This document shows positions 35,280 to 44,800 of a stretch of DNA of 64,000 bases, in pieces. Where the stretch lies: assembly GCA_016194445.1 (NCBI GenBank), contig JACQBP010000010.1, positions 75 through 64,074 on the forward strand. Reading direction: 5' to 3'. Under the pieces are notes generated by a model. It saw nothing but the letters and a program-made list of their open reading frames with translations, was not told where the DNA came from and made no database searches. Every line of letters begins with the position of its first letter. The stretch's first letter is position 1. The position numbers and the translations under genes were made by a program. The DNA is from Candidatus Liptonbacteria bacterium (GTDB lineage Bacteria > Patescibacteriota > Minisyncoccia > UBA6257 > 2-01-FULL-56-20).

Positions 35280-37052
35280 TTAGTTAACTTCAAGATTGTA
35301 ACAACTTTCACAGTAAACAATTTCTGGACGGTTTAGGGCGTAGGTGGTGTGGAACTGGTTGGAGCAGGGCCCGGTTTCGTGATGGCGATGCGGGATTGTG
35401 TTTGAATATTTTTGGTAGTCGCACATACATTGCCGGAGATACCATTTGGGAGAGTTGCGGAGCTTGATTCTGGCTTGATGGCGGCAAGCGTGACAGAGTC
35501 GAGGCAGGGAGATTTCGAATTTTTTGTAGAACTCAAGTTCTGAAGCTAGAATGCGGTAGGCCTTTTTACATCCCAAGCAGCCGATAGTTTCTTTCAAAAT
35601 ATCTTCTGGTACGTCTCGAATATGGTCGGGCAAATCAGAAGCGCCTAAGGTAACTTTGAATTCTTTGGCTTCGGGATCTCGCCAGCGAAATCCTTTTTGA
35701 GTTGCCGCATCTTTGGTCAACAGAAAGAGATCTTGAGCGATGGTTTCGTTGTAAGCAAAAGGTGAAATTTCTAGCGGGAAAAATTCGCCATACCGGTAGA
35801 TGCGGCCACGGTGATCAGTGAAGGGTTTCTCATTCATGTGGGTAATGATTTTTTCTCGAAGTTTGTGAAAGTCTTCTCTAGAATACTGTTTATTAAAGAT
35901 GCAGTAAGATTTTTTCTTAAGGCCGACGCAACCGAAAAGATGGGTGGAAGAATGGCAATGCGCCGAGTATTCGACCTCTTCACAGGCGGGCCAGCATTCA
36001 AAGGAGAATTTCACTTGGCGGCAATTTTCGCCGCAGATGATAGATTCATACATCAACTCCGAATTATCGCCCCAGTGAGTGTAGTCGTAGCAATCGGCGG
36101 CGCCGTTTACCACCCGCTCGCAATATTTCAAATCTTTGATGTCTTTGATGACTTGATAACAGTATTTAGCATTTTTGGCGTGGTAGACATAATCACCGAT
36201 GACGTTTTCATTGTGGTGGCCGTGGATGTATTTAAAGGGGTGTTTAAGCCAGAAGGGGTAAATTTGTTTTTGAATGGCCTCGAGCGCGCGGTAGGAACCG
36301 AGGTTAAACTCTTTAATTTTCTCCAAGTATTCCTCTTTGGTGTAAGGGACATTGAAAATGTGATATTGCTTATGCCTTAAGTTGACACAACCGAAGCAGT
36401 TTTGGCAGTTGTAGCATTCACGCGAGAACCAGACGTTTTGACAGTCATCGCTTTCAACACTCATAAAAGTTTGGTTGCAGCGGTCGCAGGAAAGGAGTCC
36501 GTAGCAGGATTCGAGATAGTTGGCTTCGGAAAAATCGAATGAGTTGCTGCAGTGACGAAACCCCACGCCGTAGAAGCAGTTTTCAGATTCGTCGGCGTCA
36601 AAGCAAAGATAGCAGTCTTTGAGACGATTGCCGTTGTTGCAATAATCACTGTTGTTAAGATGCCAAATCGAGAGCGCGGCCCAAGGGACCGCATAAAATA
36701 GTTCCCGAAACTGTTCGAAGAAGGTTTTAGAAAAATCGTAATCCCGGGCGTATTCACTCGCGTCCCAGCCGTCGGACCACCAGTAGTCGTGGTCGTAGAG
36801 TTTAGCGCCGGAAGTTTTTGGGTAAGCGGAAAAGATCTCTTTGCCGGTTTTATGATGGGTGGCGCGGTAGAGATTGTGTTCATTCCAGAAAGAGAGGCGC
36901 CGGATGGCTCGACACCCCGGACACCAGGTGGGCGGAGGGACTTGAATTTTTTCGTAGAACTGAAAATCTTCGGGTTCGATTACGAAATTTTGTTTACAGT
37001 TTTGGCAGGTTTTAGTTTCAGGATTCATATTTGTGGCACTATGACGCGTCAT
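35280..37052 (-). CDS. large cysteine-rich protein of unknown function (590 aa, ~50 Cys) with terminal CxxC...CPxC zinc-ribbon-like motifs
   Basis: N-terminal CQNCKQNFVIEPEDFQFYEKIQVPPPTWCPGCR and C-terminal CLGCKKAYRILASELEFYKKFEISLPRLCHACR are mutually similar. The interior is packed with CxxC/CxGC modules (ECYNCQNCFGCVNL, SCYGLLSCDRCNQTF and others). The first codons (MTRHS) lie in a palindrome also found at 12558. Confidence 0.6.
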   Translation of the reverse strand: MTRHSATNMNPETKTCQNCKQNFVIEPEDFQFYEKIQVPPPTWCPGCRAIRRLSFWNEHNLYRATHHKTGKEIFSAYPKTSGAKLYDHDYWWSDGWDASEYARDYDFSKTFFEQFRELFYAVPWAALSIWHLNNSDYCNNGNRLKDCYLCFDADESENCFYGVGFRHCSNSFDFSEANYLESCYGLLSCDRCNQTFMSVESDDCQNVWFSRECYNCQNCFGCVNLRHKQYHIFNVPYTKEEYLEKIKEFNLGSYRALEAIQKQIYPFWLKHPFKYIHGHHNENVIGDYVYHAKNAKYCYQVIKDIKDLKYCERVVNGAADCYDYTHWGDNSELMYESIICGENCRQVKFSFECWPACEEVEYSAHCHSSTHLFGCVGLKKKSYCIFNKQYSREDFHKLREKIITHMNEKPFTDHRGRIYRYGEFFPLEISPFAYNETIAQDLFLLTKDAATQKGFRWRDPEAKEFKVTLGASDLPDHIRDVPEDILKETIGCLGCKKAYRILASELEFYKKFEISLPRLCHACRHQARIKLRNSPKWYLRQCMCDYQKYSNTIPHRHHETGPCSNQFHTTYALNRPEIVYCESCYNLEVN

Positions 37053-37138
37053 AGCGTTTATCGTATTAGTTTTGATTATTCTTGTTTTTTCGGATTTCTT
37101 ATTGATTATATTTTGTTCCCCTCCGTTGTGGAGGTCAT

Positions 37139-37408
37139 TTAGAGGTTTTGATAAAGAGTTTCGATGCTATCAGACCTTACGCCGGTGTGAAATTTTTCTA
37201 GTTCTTCACGCAGAATTGTAAGGACGTATCTATCTTCTTGCCATTTCGGATCGCTAAGAGAGAAGTCAACGAGCGGAAAAGCGCGCTCAATGGCTTCACG
37301 AAAGTATTTTGGGTTTTTTTTCTGCCAAGTTTTGGCGCGCATTATTTCGGATCCTATCATTAGAAGTTGCTGGTTTTTTGAGAAACTATTCCAACGGTCT
37401 TGAGTCAT
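37139..37408 (-). CDS. small hypothetical protein (89 aa)
   Basis: ORF lying immediately downstream of the ATPase operon. Confidence 0.4.
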   Translation of the reverse strand: MTQDRWNSFSKNQQLLMIGSEIMRAKTWQKKNPKYFREAIERAFPLVDFSLSDPKWQEDRYVLTILREELEKFHTGVRSDSIETLYQNL

Positions 37409-37612
37409 TTAATGTAGAAGTTCTTTAACTATTTTCTCAACTTTTTCCTTTATCTCCTGAATTTGAATTTCCATTGACCGATTCCCGACTTTCGGCCGGA
37501 TGTTAATCATCGAAGCATATTCAATTTCTTTGCTTTCGAGGTCTTTGAAATCTGAACCGTCGGATTGGAGCTCCTCGGCACAGTCAATATGAAACTCGCA
37601 ACCCATACTCAA
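37409..37612 (-). CDS. small acidic hypothetical protein (67 aa)
   Basis: Its ORF end abuts 37408, the start of the preceding ORF, suggesting co-transcription. Confidence 0.4.
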   Translation of the reverse strand: MSMGCEFHIDCAEELQSDGSDFKDLESKEIEYASMINIRPKVGNRSMEIQIQEIKEKVEKIVKELLH

Positions 37613-37692
37613 AATTCCTTTTTGATATCAACGACGACTTTTACGAAGTCGCTGTTGTCGGGTAGCGCTGTTTTTTCTTTGATGATCATATT

Positions 37693-39162
37693 TTAGATCA
37701 ATGGTTCGGGTTCTTTGTTAGCGGTGGGGCCGGTGTTTTTTTCATCGTTGCCAGATTTTGCTTTGCCTTCAATGATGGCTTTTTCCCCAGCACTTCGGAA
37801 AATAGTGGCTTCTTCGGCGGCGATTAATTTTTTAGCGGCATCGGCGGGTATGGTGTATTTGCGGCGAGACTTGTCAGTGATTTCGTTTTTCCAAGATGAG
37901 TGGGTGGGTGGCAGAACTTTCAGGGTTTCGGCGGAGAAGGGATCGTAGGTTTCGCCGTCGATGGTCATTTTAATGTAGAACTCTTGCATGCCGAGGTTGA
38001 TCATGTCTTTGGTTTTGAAGATTGGGTCCATTTCGGGTTCAAGTTTGACCGCGTCTTCACCACCGACCCTAAAAATAACGATCGTGCCGGTGTTGCCAAG
38101 TACGGCGGCTTGGACGCGCGGGAGGAGTTGGGCGACGTATTGGTGGGCCACAGTGAGGCAGAGACCGTATTTGCGAGCTTCGGACAAGATGTTTTCGAAA
38201 GTTTCGGTGACTAAGTTGTGGAATTCGTCGACGTAGAGATAGAAGTCTGTGCGGGCCTCTTCGGGCATACTAGCTCTCGCCATGCCGGCTTGCTTGATTT
38301 TGGTGATAAACATCGCGCCCAAGAAACTCGAATTTTCTTCGCCAAGACGGCCTTTGCAGAGGTTGATAAAAAGAATTTTCTTTTCTTTCATTATCCTTTC
38401 GATATCGATCTTGTTTTCCTTTTGGCCGAAGATGTTACGTAAAAGCGGGTCGGACAAGAATTGGCCGAGTTTGTTTACAAGCGGGATGATGGCATCGGTG
38501 TCAAACTTTTCTGACCAATCGGCGAATTCAATCGCCCAGAAACGTTTGACCATGTCGTCCTCGATGTACTCGACAACTTTTTGGCGATAGTTGCGGTCGG
38601 TAAGCATCGAGATCATGCCGCGCATGGTGGCGTGCGGGTAATCCAAAAGCGCGAGACAAGTGAAACGGAAGACGTGTTCGAGGCGCGGGGTCCAGTTGGC
38701 GCCAAATTGCTTTTCCATGACTTCGATTAAACCTTGAGTGAGTTGGTGCTTAAAGGAAGGATCGATATTAGTTAGAGGATTAAAAGAGACGGGGTGAGCA
38801 AGATCGGTCGGGTCAATAATAATGACATCCTCGACTCGCTCTTTTGGCATGAAGTCTAAAATTTCCTGAATGACATCGCCGTGAGGATCAATAAAAACAA
38901 GACCATGGCCGTAGGCGATATCTTGGCGAATTAAGAGTTCGAGGAGTTTGGATTTCCCCACGCCGCTTTTGCCGACGATGTACATATGGCGGCGGCGATC
39001 TTTGCGCTTGATGCCGAAGATGAATTTCTTTTCCTCAAGAGCGGCCACGTAATTAGTGCGACCGATGAAAGAGGCTTCGGCGGGATCAACTCGGCCGTAG
39101 ATCGGGAGCTCCGACGGAGGCGGAGCGTATTTGATAATTTGAACTTTTCCGGCTTTGGGCAC
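37693..39162 (-). CDS. FtsK/HerA/VirD4-superfamily P-loop ATPase, paralog 2 (TraD/VirD4 coupling-protein-like)
   Basis: Walker A GKSGVGKS, VFIDPHGD and Walker B YLYVDEFHNL motifs. It is collinear with 13645-15537 and has a GTG start (MPKAGK). Confidence 0.6.
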   Translation of the reverse strand: MPKAGKVQIIKYAPPPSELPIYGRVDPAEASFIGRTNYVAALEEKKFIFGIKRKDRRRHMYIVGKSGVGKSKLLELLIRQDIAYGHGLVFIDPHGDVIQEILDFMPKERVEDVIIIDPTDLAHPVSFNPLTNIDPSFKHQLTQGLIEVMEKQFGANWTPRLEHVFRFTCLALLDYPHATMRGMISMLTDRNYRQKVVEYIEDDMVKRFWAIEFADWSEKFDTDAIIPLVNKLGQFLSDPLLRNIFGQKENKIDIERIMKEKKILFINLCKGRLGEENSSFLGAMFITKIKQAGMARASMPEEARTDFYLYVDEFHNLVTETFENILSEARKYGLCLTVAHQYVAQLLPRVQAAVLGNTGTIVIFRVGGEDAVKLEPEMDPIFKTKDMINLGMQEFYIKMTIDGETYDPFSAETLKVLPPTHSSWKNEITDKSRRKYTIPADAAKKLIAAEEATIFRSAGEKAIIEGKAKSGNDEKNTGPTANKEPEPLI

Positions 39163-39212
39163 GTTACAAGTTTAAAATTAAAAAGATCAAAGTTAAAAGT
39201 CACTGTTATTCT

Positions 39213-39809
39213 TCATAGTTCGGCGAGATCGATGACGTCTAACTCCTGAAGCATCACTTCGTAATTGTGAATGGCTTTTTTGACGCCTTCTCGAGTGATT
39301 TCGAAATCAGGAGTGTGGACAATATGGTTGCGGTATTCATTAGCTTTCAGGGCGGGACTACGGATCCAACCGAGATCATCCGAAAGGATTTGATTGATCT
39401 TGTCGCCGGTGGTTTCACCCGTGAAACCCACTCGCTCCAAGATTTCGCCGGCTAACTTGTCCGCTTCCATGATGGCTAATTTCATTAAGTCAGTGTCGCC
39501 ACTCAACGCTTTTTTTCGGATTGATCGCCACTCTACCATCACGGCTTTTTCTTCTTCGGATAGAACTTTTTTAATTTTTGGCGTTTGAATCGCTAAGTGA
39601 GGGCGATAAGGGATGGCTTTAATTAGGGAAAAGATAAAAAAAATGAGGAAGGTGAAGTTCACGGCAAACCAAAAAACTTTGACGTCGATCACGGGTTTTT
39701 GAGGCCAGGCGTCCACGGTTAGATAAATGGAGCCAGCCAGGAGTAAGACGCCGATCACAAAGACCAGAGACCGGAGCAGTTTTAAAGTTTGGTAGAAACC
39801 CCAATTCAT
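39213..39809 (-). CDS. membrane protein (two N-terminal TM helices plus a soluble domain)
   Basis: Hydrophobic helices LVFVIGVLLLAGSIYL and FWFAVNFTFLIFFIFSLI. It is flanked by the ATPase and large membrane protein genes in the same orientation. Confidence 0.5.
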   Translation of the reverse strand: MNWGFYQTLKLLRSLVFVIGVLLLAGSIYLTVDAWPQKPVIDVKVFWFAVNFTFLIFFIFSLIKAIPYRPHLAIQTPKIKKVLSEEEKAVMVEWRSIRKKALSGDTDLMKLAIMEADKLAGEILERVGFTGETTGDKINQILSDDLGWIRSPALKANEYRNHIVHTPDFEITREGVKKAIHNYEVMLQELDVIDLAEL

Positions 39810-39816
39810 TTTGATG

Positions 39817-41202
39817 CTAGAGGAATTTTTCGATTTTTTCTTCTTCGCCGAAAATGGCTAAGCCCGCCGGCGGCCCCGCCTTGCGACTCTCAACGCGTTT
39901 GACGTGCGGAGCCACCAAGACATATTGGCTCGGCGGATGGAAGAGGGTAGCGATGGATTCGATATTTAAATGGATGGGCTTAGAAGCAAAATTGAAATTA
40001 AAATGATAGGCGGAAAGGATTTTGGCCCAGAAAGTCTTTTGAGGTTGTTTCCAGCGCAAGTAGTTGTAGAGAAGTCGTTGTTTGCGGTAGCGATTTCTGG
40101 TTTGGGCAAAGAAGAAGGGCCAAGTCCAGAATTTAAGACGGGTGGAAACTTTGATGTTTTGCCTAAAAGAATTCAAGTCGAGGGCGCTATATTGATTAAA
40201 CGCACCAACCAAGCCGCGACGGGCAAAGCTGTCGTAAAACATTAGCTTCGGTGAAAAATAAATAAAGCGGACCGTGGTTTTGAAAGCGGGTTTAGAGAGG
40301 TTGGTTTCGACCGCCTTTAAGACATCGGTTTCGCCGGGAGAACGAGTGAGGGATTTGGCGAAGAGGTCGAGGGCATCGGTCTCGGGTTTTTCGGTAGTGA
40401 AAACTGGCAACGGGCCGCCGGGGAAAGTGGTGGTGGTTTCGACTCCGCCAAGATGAGCCTGGGCTTCTCGCCGGGCTTTAGTTTGCTTTAACTTTTCAAC
40501 CAATTCTTCCCATTCGTCTTTCCACGAGGCGGTATCAGCTTCGAGCAGAAGTTGAATGCCGACCATTTCTTGTTTTTTGACTTTCGCGAGCACTTCTAAA
40601 AAGGCGGAGATGGGGTCGTATTCTTTATTTTCATCGGGTGACTCAAAGAACGGATAAGTTTTGATCGGGTAAGCTTCTTCACGATTCAGAACCATTTCGG
40701 TACCCCAGAGCTCGTAGCCTTTGCTGTACATATCCTCGACGTTCGACGGGAAGCGGTTTAAGTAATCCTCAACCTCGACGAGCTCAACGTCTTGGTAATA
40801 CGAGTAAAAAGCGGCTTCAACCAAAGCGCGATATTTGTAATAAAGCCGAACATAAAAATGGACTTCCCCACCGAAGCTCACCATTTCTAAAGAAAACCAG
40901 CGGGTGACTTCGCCGTCGCGATAGTACTCGGCAAGGTCATAGGCTTCGTTTCTTAAGGCGTGGATGGAAGCCAAGACTTGTTCCATGGCCTTTGGATTAC
41001 GAAGCGTTTCGCGCGGCATATTGATTTCCAAAAGAATCCACTTAAGTTTTTTCTTGAAATCCTCTCGGCGCCAAAAAAGAAGGGTTTGCTCAGCCATCTG
41101 GAAAAGAATAAAAGCTAAGGCAAATAAGCCAATTAAAGTGGCGATCTCGAGGTTGAGGGGCGAAAGGATATTTGTCAGATCCGTGGCGGTCGCGGGTGAC
41201 AT
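39817..41202 (-). CDS. large membrane-anchored protein of unknown function (461 aa)
   Basis: N-terminal TM helix (IATLIGLFALAFILF) followed by a large soluble domain. It is the second gene of the putative operon. Confidence 0.5.
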   Translation of the reverse strand: MSPATATDLTNILSPLNLEIATLIGLFALAFILFQMAEQTLLFWRREDFKKKLKWILLEINMPRETLRNPKAMEQVLASIHALRNEAYDLAEYYRDGEVTRWFSLEMVSFGGEVHFYVRLYYKYRALVEAAFYSYYQDVELVEVEDYLNRFPSNVEDMYSKGYELWGTEMVLNREEAYPIKTYPFFESPDENKEYDPISAFLEVLAKVKKQEMVGIQLLLEADTASWKDEWEELVEKLKQTKARREAQAHLGGVETTTTFPGGPLPVFTTEKPETDALDLFAKSLTRSPGETDVLKAVETNLSKPAFKTTVRFIYFSPKLMFYDSFARRGLVGAFNQYSALDLNSFRQNIKVSTRLKFWTWPFFFAQTRNRYRKQRLLYNYLRWKQPQKTFWAKILSAYHFNFNFASKPIHLNIESIATLFHPPSQYVLVAPHVKRVESRKAGPPAGLAIFGEEEKIEKFL

Positions 41203-41252
41203 GATCTAATTATAACCAGGAATCCCCGCCGAAGCTAGCGAACAAATAACAG

Positions 41253-42281
41253 TTAGTCTTGCCGGATGCGGTAGCGGCCGTCTTCTAGCCGTTCAAAAAA
41301 TTTGCGATTTTGGAGGTTAACGAGGATGGTGTTGGGTTTTAAGATTCGTTCCTTTTGGATGGCTAAGGAAATCTCCCCAGTCTTCAAGGGACCATTCTCT
41401 TTCAAAATGCGTTTAATCACCTCCTGGACCGTGCCGGGTTTGTAGCCGTGCTCGGCTAAGGCGTAGATACCTCGGCCGACTAGAACAAAACGCTTATCTT
41501 TAATGAGTTCGTTGTGAACAGTGGGCGCTAAAGCCACCTTGCCGTCGAATTTAATTTTATTAATTTCCGTAGCGATGGTTTCGAAATGGAGCGGCTGGCC
41601 GGTTTTTTTCAAGACTAGATAGATACGGTCGCGGATATTTTGGGGTTTGATTTCGGGCCATTCGGCTAGGCCGGTTTCGTTGTAAGGACTGGTGTGAATT
41701 TTTTTGGAGATGCCGATGTAACTTAGAGCCTGACTTTCGGTCATTTTTTGGCTCGCAACAAATTCTTTGAGGAGTTTTTGAAAGTGGCCAGCGAGAATCG
41801 CGTTTTTGGAGCCGCGCATGAATTTGGCGAGTTGGGTGATGAACTTGGTGTTTTGACTAAGCTTTTCGTTGTCAAGGTAATAAAAAGGCCAGAAGTTCTT
41901 ATCTTCATCGTGAAAGTGGAAAGCGCCGGTCGTTTCAAGCAGGAAGAGAAGATGATTGCGAGTGATGCCATCCGAAACCGAAGCTAATTCAGTAAGAAGC
42001 ATATCTTCTTTGGCTGATCCACCGTTCGTTTGGAGATGCTTTTTGCCCTTGCTTAAAATAGCTTGGCATTCGGCGTTACTCACAACCCTATTTTTTAGGG
42101 TTTTTAAGCTTTGGAATTCAATTTGTCGGATTCTTTCCCGAGTCAGGTTGTGGTTTTGGCCAATAGCCGCTAGGGTTTGCGGCGCTTGATCGAGTAGGCC
42201 AAAGCGACCAGAAACTACCTCCTTCTGGCGGGGGTTCAAATTGGTAAGAATAGAATCAATTGTTTTTTTGATACTAGGCAT
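41253..42281 (-). CDS. sigma-70 region-4 (HTH) domain-containing regulator-like protein
   Basis: The N-terminal LNPRQKEVVSGRFGLLDQAPQTLAAIGQNHNLTRERIRQIEFQSLKTLK matches sigma-70 region 4. The remaining ~270 aa have no recognisable domain. It is the first gene of the minus-strand cluster. Confidence 0.6.
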   Translation of the reverse strand: MPSIKKTIDSILTNLNPRQKEVVSGRFGLLDQAPQTLAAIGQNHNLTRERIRQIEFQSLKTLKNRVVSNAECQAILSKGKKHLQTNGGSAKEDMLLTELASVSDGITRNHLLFLLETTGAFHFHDEDKNFWPFYYLDNEKLSQNTKFITQLAKFMRGSKNAILAGHFQKLLKEFVASQKMTESQALSYIGISKKIHTSPYNETGLAEWPEIKPQNIRDRIYLVLKKTGQPLHFETIATEINKIKFDGKVALAPTVHNELIKDKRFVLVGRGIYALAEHGYKPGTVQEVIKRILKENGPLKTGEISLAIQKERILKPNTILVNLQNRKFFERLEDGRYRIRQD

Positions 42282-42292
42282 AGATTCTGTGT

Positions 42293-42531
42293 ATTATAAA
42301 CATATTATTTTAATTTCGTCAACCCCGGTGATATTAGTACTCGAAGTGTAATATTTAAAGGTTTTTTATCATACCATTTGATAGTTACTGGGTCAACCCG
42401 GTGCCACAAGCGGGACATTTTCTTGAATTTGGGCTGTGAGTTGAAGTGAGTGTCATCTGTTTAGCCTTGCACCAACTGTCGAAACACGAAGGATGTTTTT
42501 TTATCATCCCACTTGGTGGCTACCGGGTCAA
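42293..42531 (-). promoter_or_regulatory. three tandem sigma70-type promoters reading into the sigma-r4 gene
   Basis: On the minus strand: TTGACG at 42317-42322 (-35), an 18-nt spacer, then TTATAAT at 42293-42299 (-10); TTGACC at 42391-42396, N17, TATGAT at 42368-42373; TTGACC at 42526-42531, N17, GATGAT at 42503-42508. The second and third lie within two ~45-nt direct-repeat blocks. Confidence 0.55.
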
Positions 42532-42595
42532 CTGTTGATAACTTTTAGGATTTTGGGTCTGATTTTTACTAAAGGTGCGGCCTTTTTTTCTACTT

Positions 42596-44740
42596 TTATT
42601 TATTTTTGGCGGTTTGGTTGGTCAGCGTGTGCCAGACGAGTAGTAAAGGGCTGGCGACGAAGATGGATGAGTAAACACCGGTTGTGACACCGACTAAAAG
42701 AGTTAAGATAAAATATTTCAAGTTAATCGGCCCCAGGAGATAGAGAATAATCAAAACAATGATAAGGGTGAGCGAGGTGTTGATGGAGCGAGCGATGGTT
42801 TGGATGATGCTCTGATTAATAGTTTCGGCAAAGTCGGCTCGATTTTTGCTGACGATCAAATTTTCTCGAATGCGATCGAAGACAACAATGGTGTCGTGGA
42901 CCGAAAAGCCCATCACGACTAGAAGCGCGACGATAAAATTCGAATCAATTTCGATTTTTAAATAATGACCTAAAATCGCGATGAGACCAGCCGGGATGGC
43001 GATGTCGTGCAGTAAAGTAATCATGGTCACGACTCCATACTTCCAGGATGAAATGGGCCGGGAGACTTTTCGAAAAGCGTAAGCAATGTAGAGCGAGACA
43101 ATCACGATGGCGAGGATGATGGCGGTCACGGCGTTACTTTTAAGTTTTTGCCCAATCGAAGGTCCGATGGACTGAAAACTTAATTCTTCGAAGGAAGGAT
43201 AAGTTTTCTGCGCGGCTGCTTCTAAAGTGTGATGTTCGGCTTCGGTGGTGGTTTTAAAGCGAGCGAAAAATTGATTTTGGCTCGCATCCAGGTTGATGCG
43301 GATTTCGCTTATGTCACTGACAGCGGATTTAACAAAGCCTTCTAACTCTACGGTGGTGGGCTGGTTTTTTTCGATTTTAAATTGCCAGAGAGTTCCGCCC
43401 CTAAAATCGATACCTTGGTTAAAACCAAAACCAATAACGGCGAGTATCCCGGAGGCGACTAACAAACCGGAAACAGCGAGAAAAATTTTTCTTTTGGCGA
43501 TGATGTTCATGACAATTAGGTTATAGGTTGTAGGTGTTGGGTTGGCGCTGAACATACTCACCAGAACTCCGATTAAAAGGGTGAGGGCAAAGCCTCTTAC
43601 GAAACTCGAAGTGAGGAAGTAAAGGATCAAGGCCGTGATAATAGTCGAGATATTAGAGTCGCGAATGGACGGCCAGGCGCGCCGGAAGCCTTCTTCAATC
43701 GCGTTCGAACGAGAGAGTCCCCTCTTTATTTCTTCTTTGATTCTTTCGAAGATTAAAATATTGGCGTCAACAGCCATACCGATCGTAAGAATGAAACCAG
43801 CCAAACCAGCTAGAGTCATCGTCACGGAAAAGATTTTGAAAATGCCGAGGGTTAAGAAGGTGTAAATTAAAAGGGCGGATGAAGCAAAGACACCCAAGAA
43901 GCGATAGTAGGCGACCATGAAAAGCATCACTAAAAGGGTGCCGATCAAACCGGCGCTGAGCGCTCGGTTTAATGAATCAGTGCCGAGAGTCGCGCTCACG
44001 GTTTGCTGGTTGATTAGAGTGATAGGAGCCGGCAAGGCGCCCGCGTTAAAGCGTTCAACAAGACCCTGCGCTTCTTTGATGGTAAATTTTCCGGTGATCA
44101 CGGCTTGACCGCCAGAAATTTTTTGCTGAACGATGGGAGCTTCGATTAAGACGTTGTCGAGAAAGATAGCCAAGGGTTTACCGATATTAGCTTCGGTCAT
44201 CTGTTCGAAAATCGTAGCTCCTTCGCTGTTGAAGGCGATCGAAACTTGCGGCGCTTGAGTGGTTTGGTCAAAGGTGAGGGCGGCACTTTTTATATAACGG
44301 CCGGTCAGGTTAGTCGGGATGATTTCAGTTGAGGAACCGTTTTGATTGAGTTCGCGGAAGTCGAGAAGCGGAGTCAAACCAATTTGAGCGATGGCATCTT
44401 CCTTTTTTTTGATGCCGGCGAGTTCGACAATCAGATTGCTTTCTGCATTAGTTTTGGAGATGAAAACTTGGGGTTCGCTCACGCCGATTAGATTAACTCT
44501 TTTTTCGATCACATCTCGGAGGCCATTTAAAACGGAATCTTGATCCTTGGCCGGTACCTGGGCTAGATCAACTTTATAAATAAGATGGCTGCCGCCGACT
44601 AGATCCAGTCCGAGGTGCCAGGGTGACCACCGTAAACCGTAATTTTTGGGATAAATGAAAATGCCGGCTAAAACGGTTACGATTAAAATGAGAATTAAAA
44701 AGAGGCCTGGGTTGCGACGCATTGGTTGCGATTCTAACAT
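42596..44740 (-). CDS. secDF: fused protein translocase subunit SecDF
   Basis: 714 aa with SecD and SecF periplasmic and TM domains. It contains an in-frame AGGTKTY-type heptamer repeat (43518-43545) encoding PTPTTYNL. Confidence 0.85.
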   Translation of the reverse strand: MLESQPMRRNPGLFLILILIVTVLAGIFIYPKNYGLRWSPWHLGLDLVGGSHLIYKVDLAQVPAKDQDSVLNGLRDVIEKRVNLIGVSEPQVFISKTNAESNLIVELAGIKKKEDAIAQIGLTPLLDFRELNQNGSSTEIIPTNLTGRYIKSAALTFDQTTQAPQVSIAFNSEGATIFEQMTEANIGKPLAIFLDNVLIEAPIVQQKISGGQAVITGKFTIKEAQGLVERFNAGALPAPITLINQQTVSATLGTDSLNRALSAGLIGTLLVMLFMVAYYRFLGVFASSALLIYTFLTLGIFKIFSVTMTLAGLAGFILTIGMAVDANILIFERIKEEIKRGLSRSNAIEEGFRRAWPSIRDSNISTIITALILYFLTSSFVRGFALTLLIGVLVSMFSANPTPTTYNLIVMNIIAKRKIFLAVSGLLVASGILAVIGFGFNQGIDFRGGTLWQFKIEKNQPTTVELEGFVKSAVSDISEIRINLDASQNQFFARFKTTTEAEHHTLEAAAQKTYPSFEELSFQSIGPSIGQKLKSNAVTAIILAIVIVSLYIAYAFRKVSRPISSWKYGVVTMITLLHDIAIPAGLIAILGHYLKIEIDSNFIVALLVVMGFSVHDTIVVFDRIRENLIVSKNRADFAETINQSIIQTIARSINTSLTLIIVLIILYLLGPINLKYFILTLLVGVTTGVYSSIFVASPLLLVWHTLTNQTAKNK

Positions 44741-44800
44741 ATTGTTGATTACTTTGACAAGCGGTTTTTTGAGACTGGGGTTTGCTGTTAGAATTGGACT

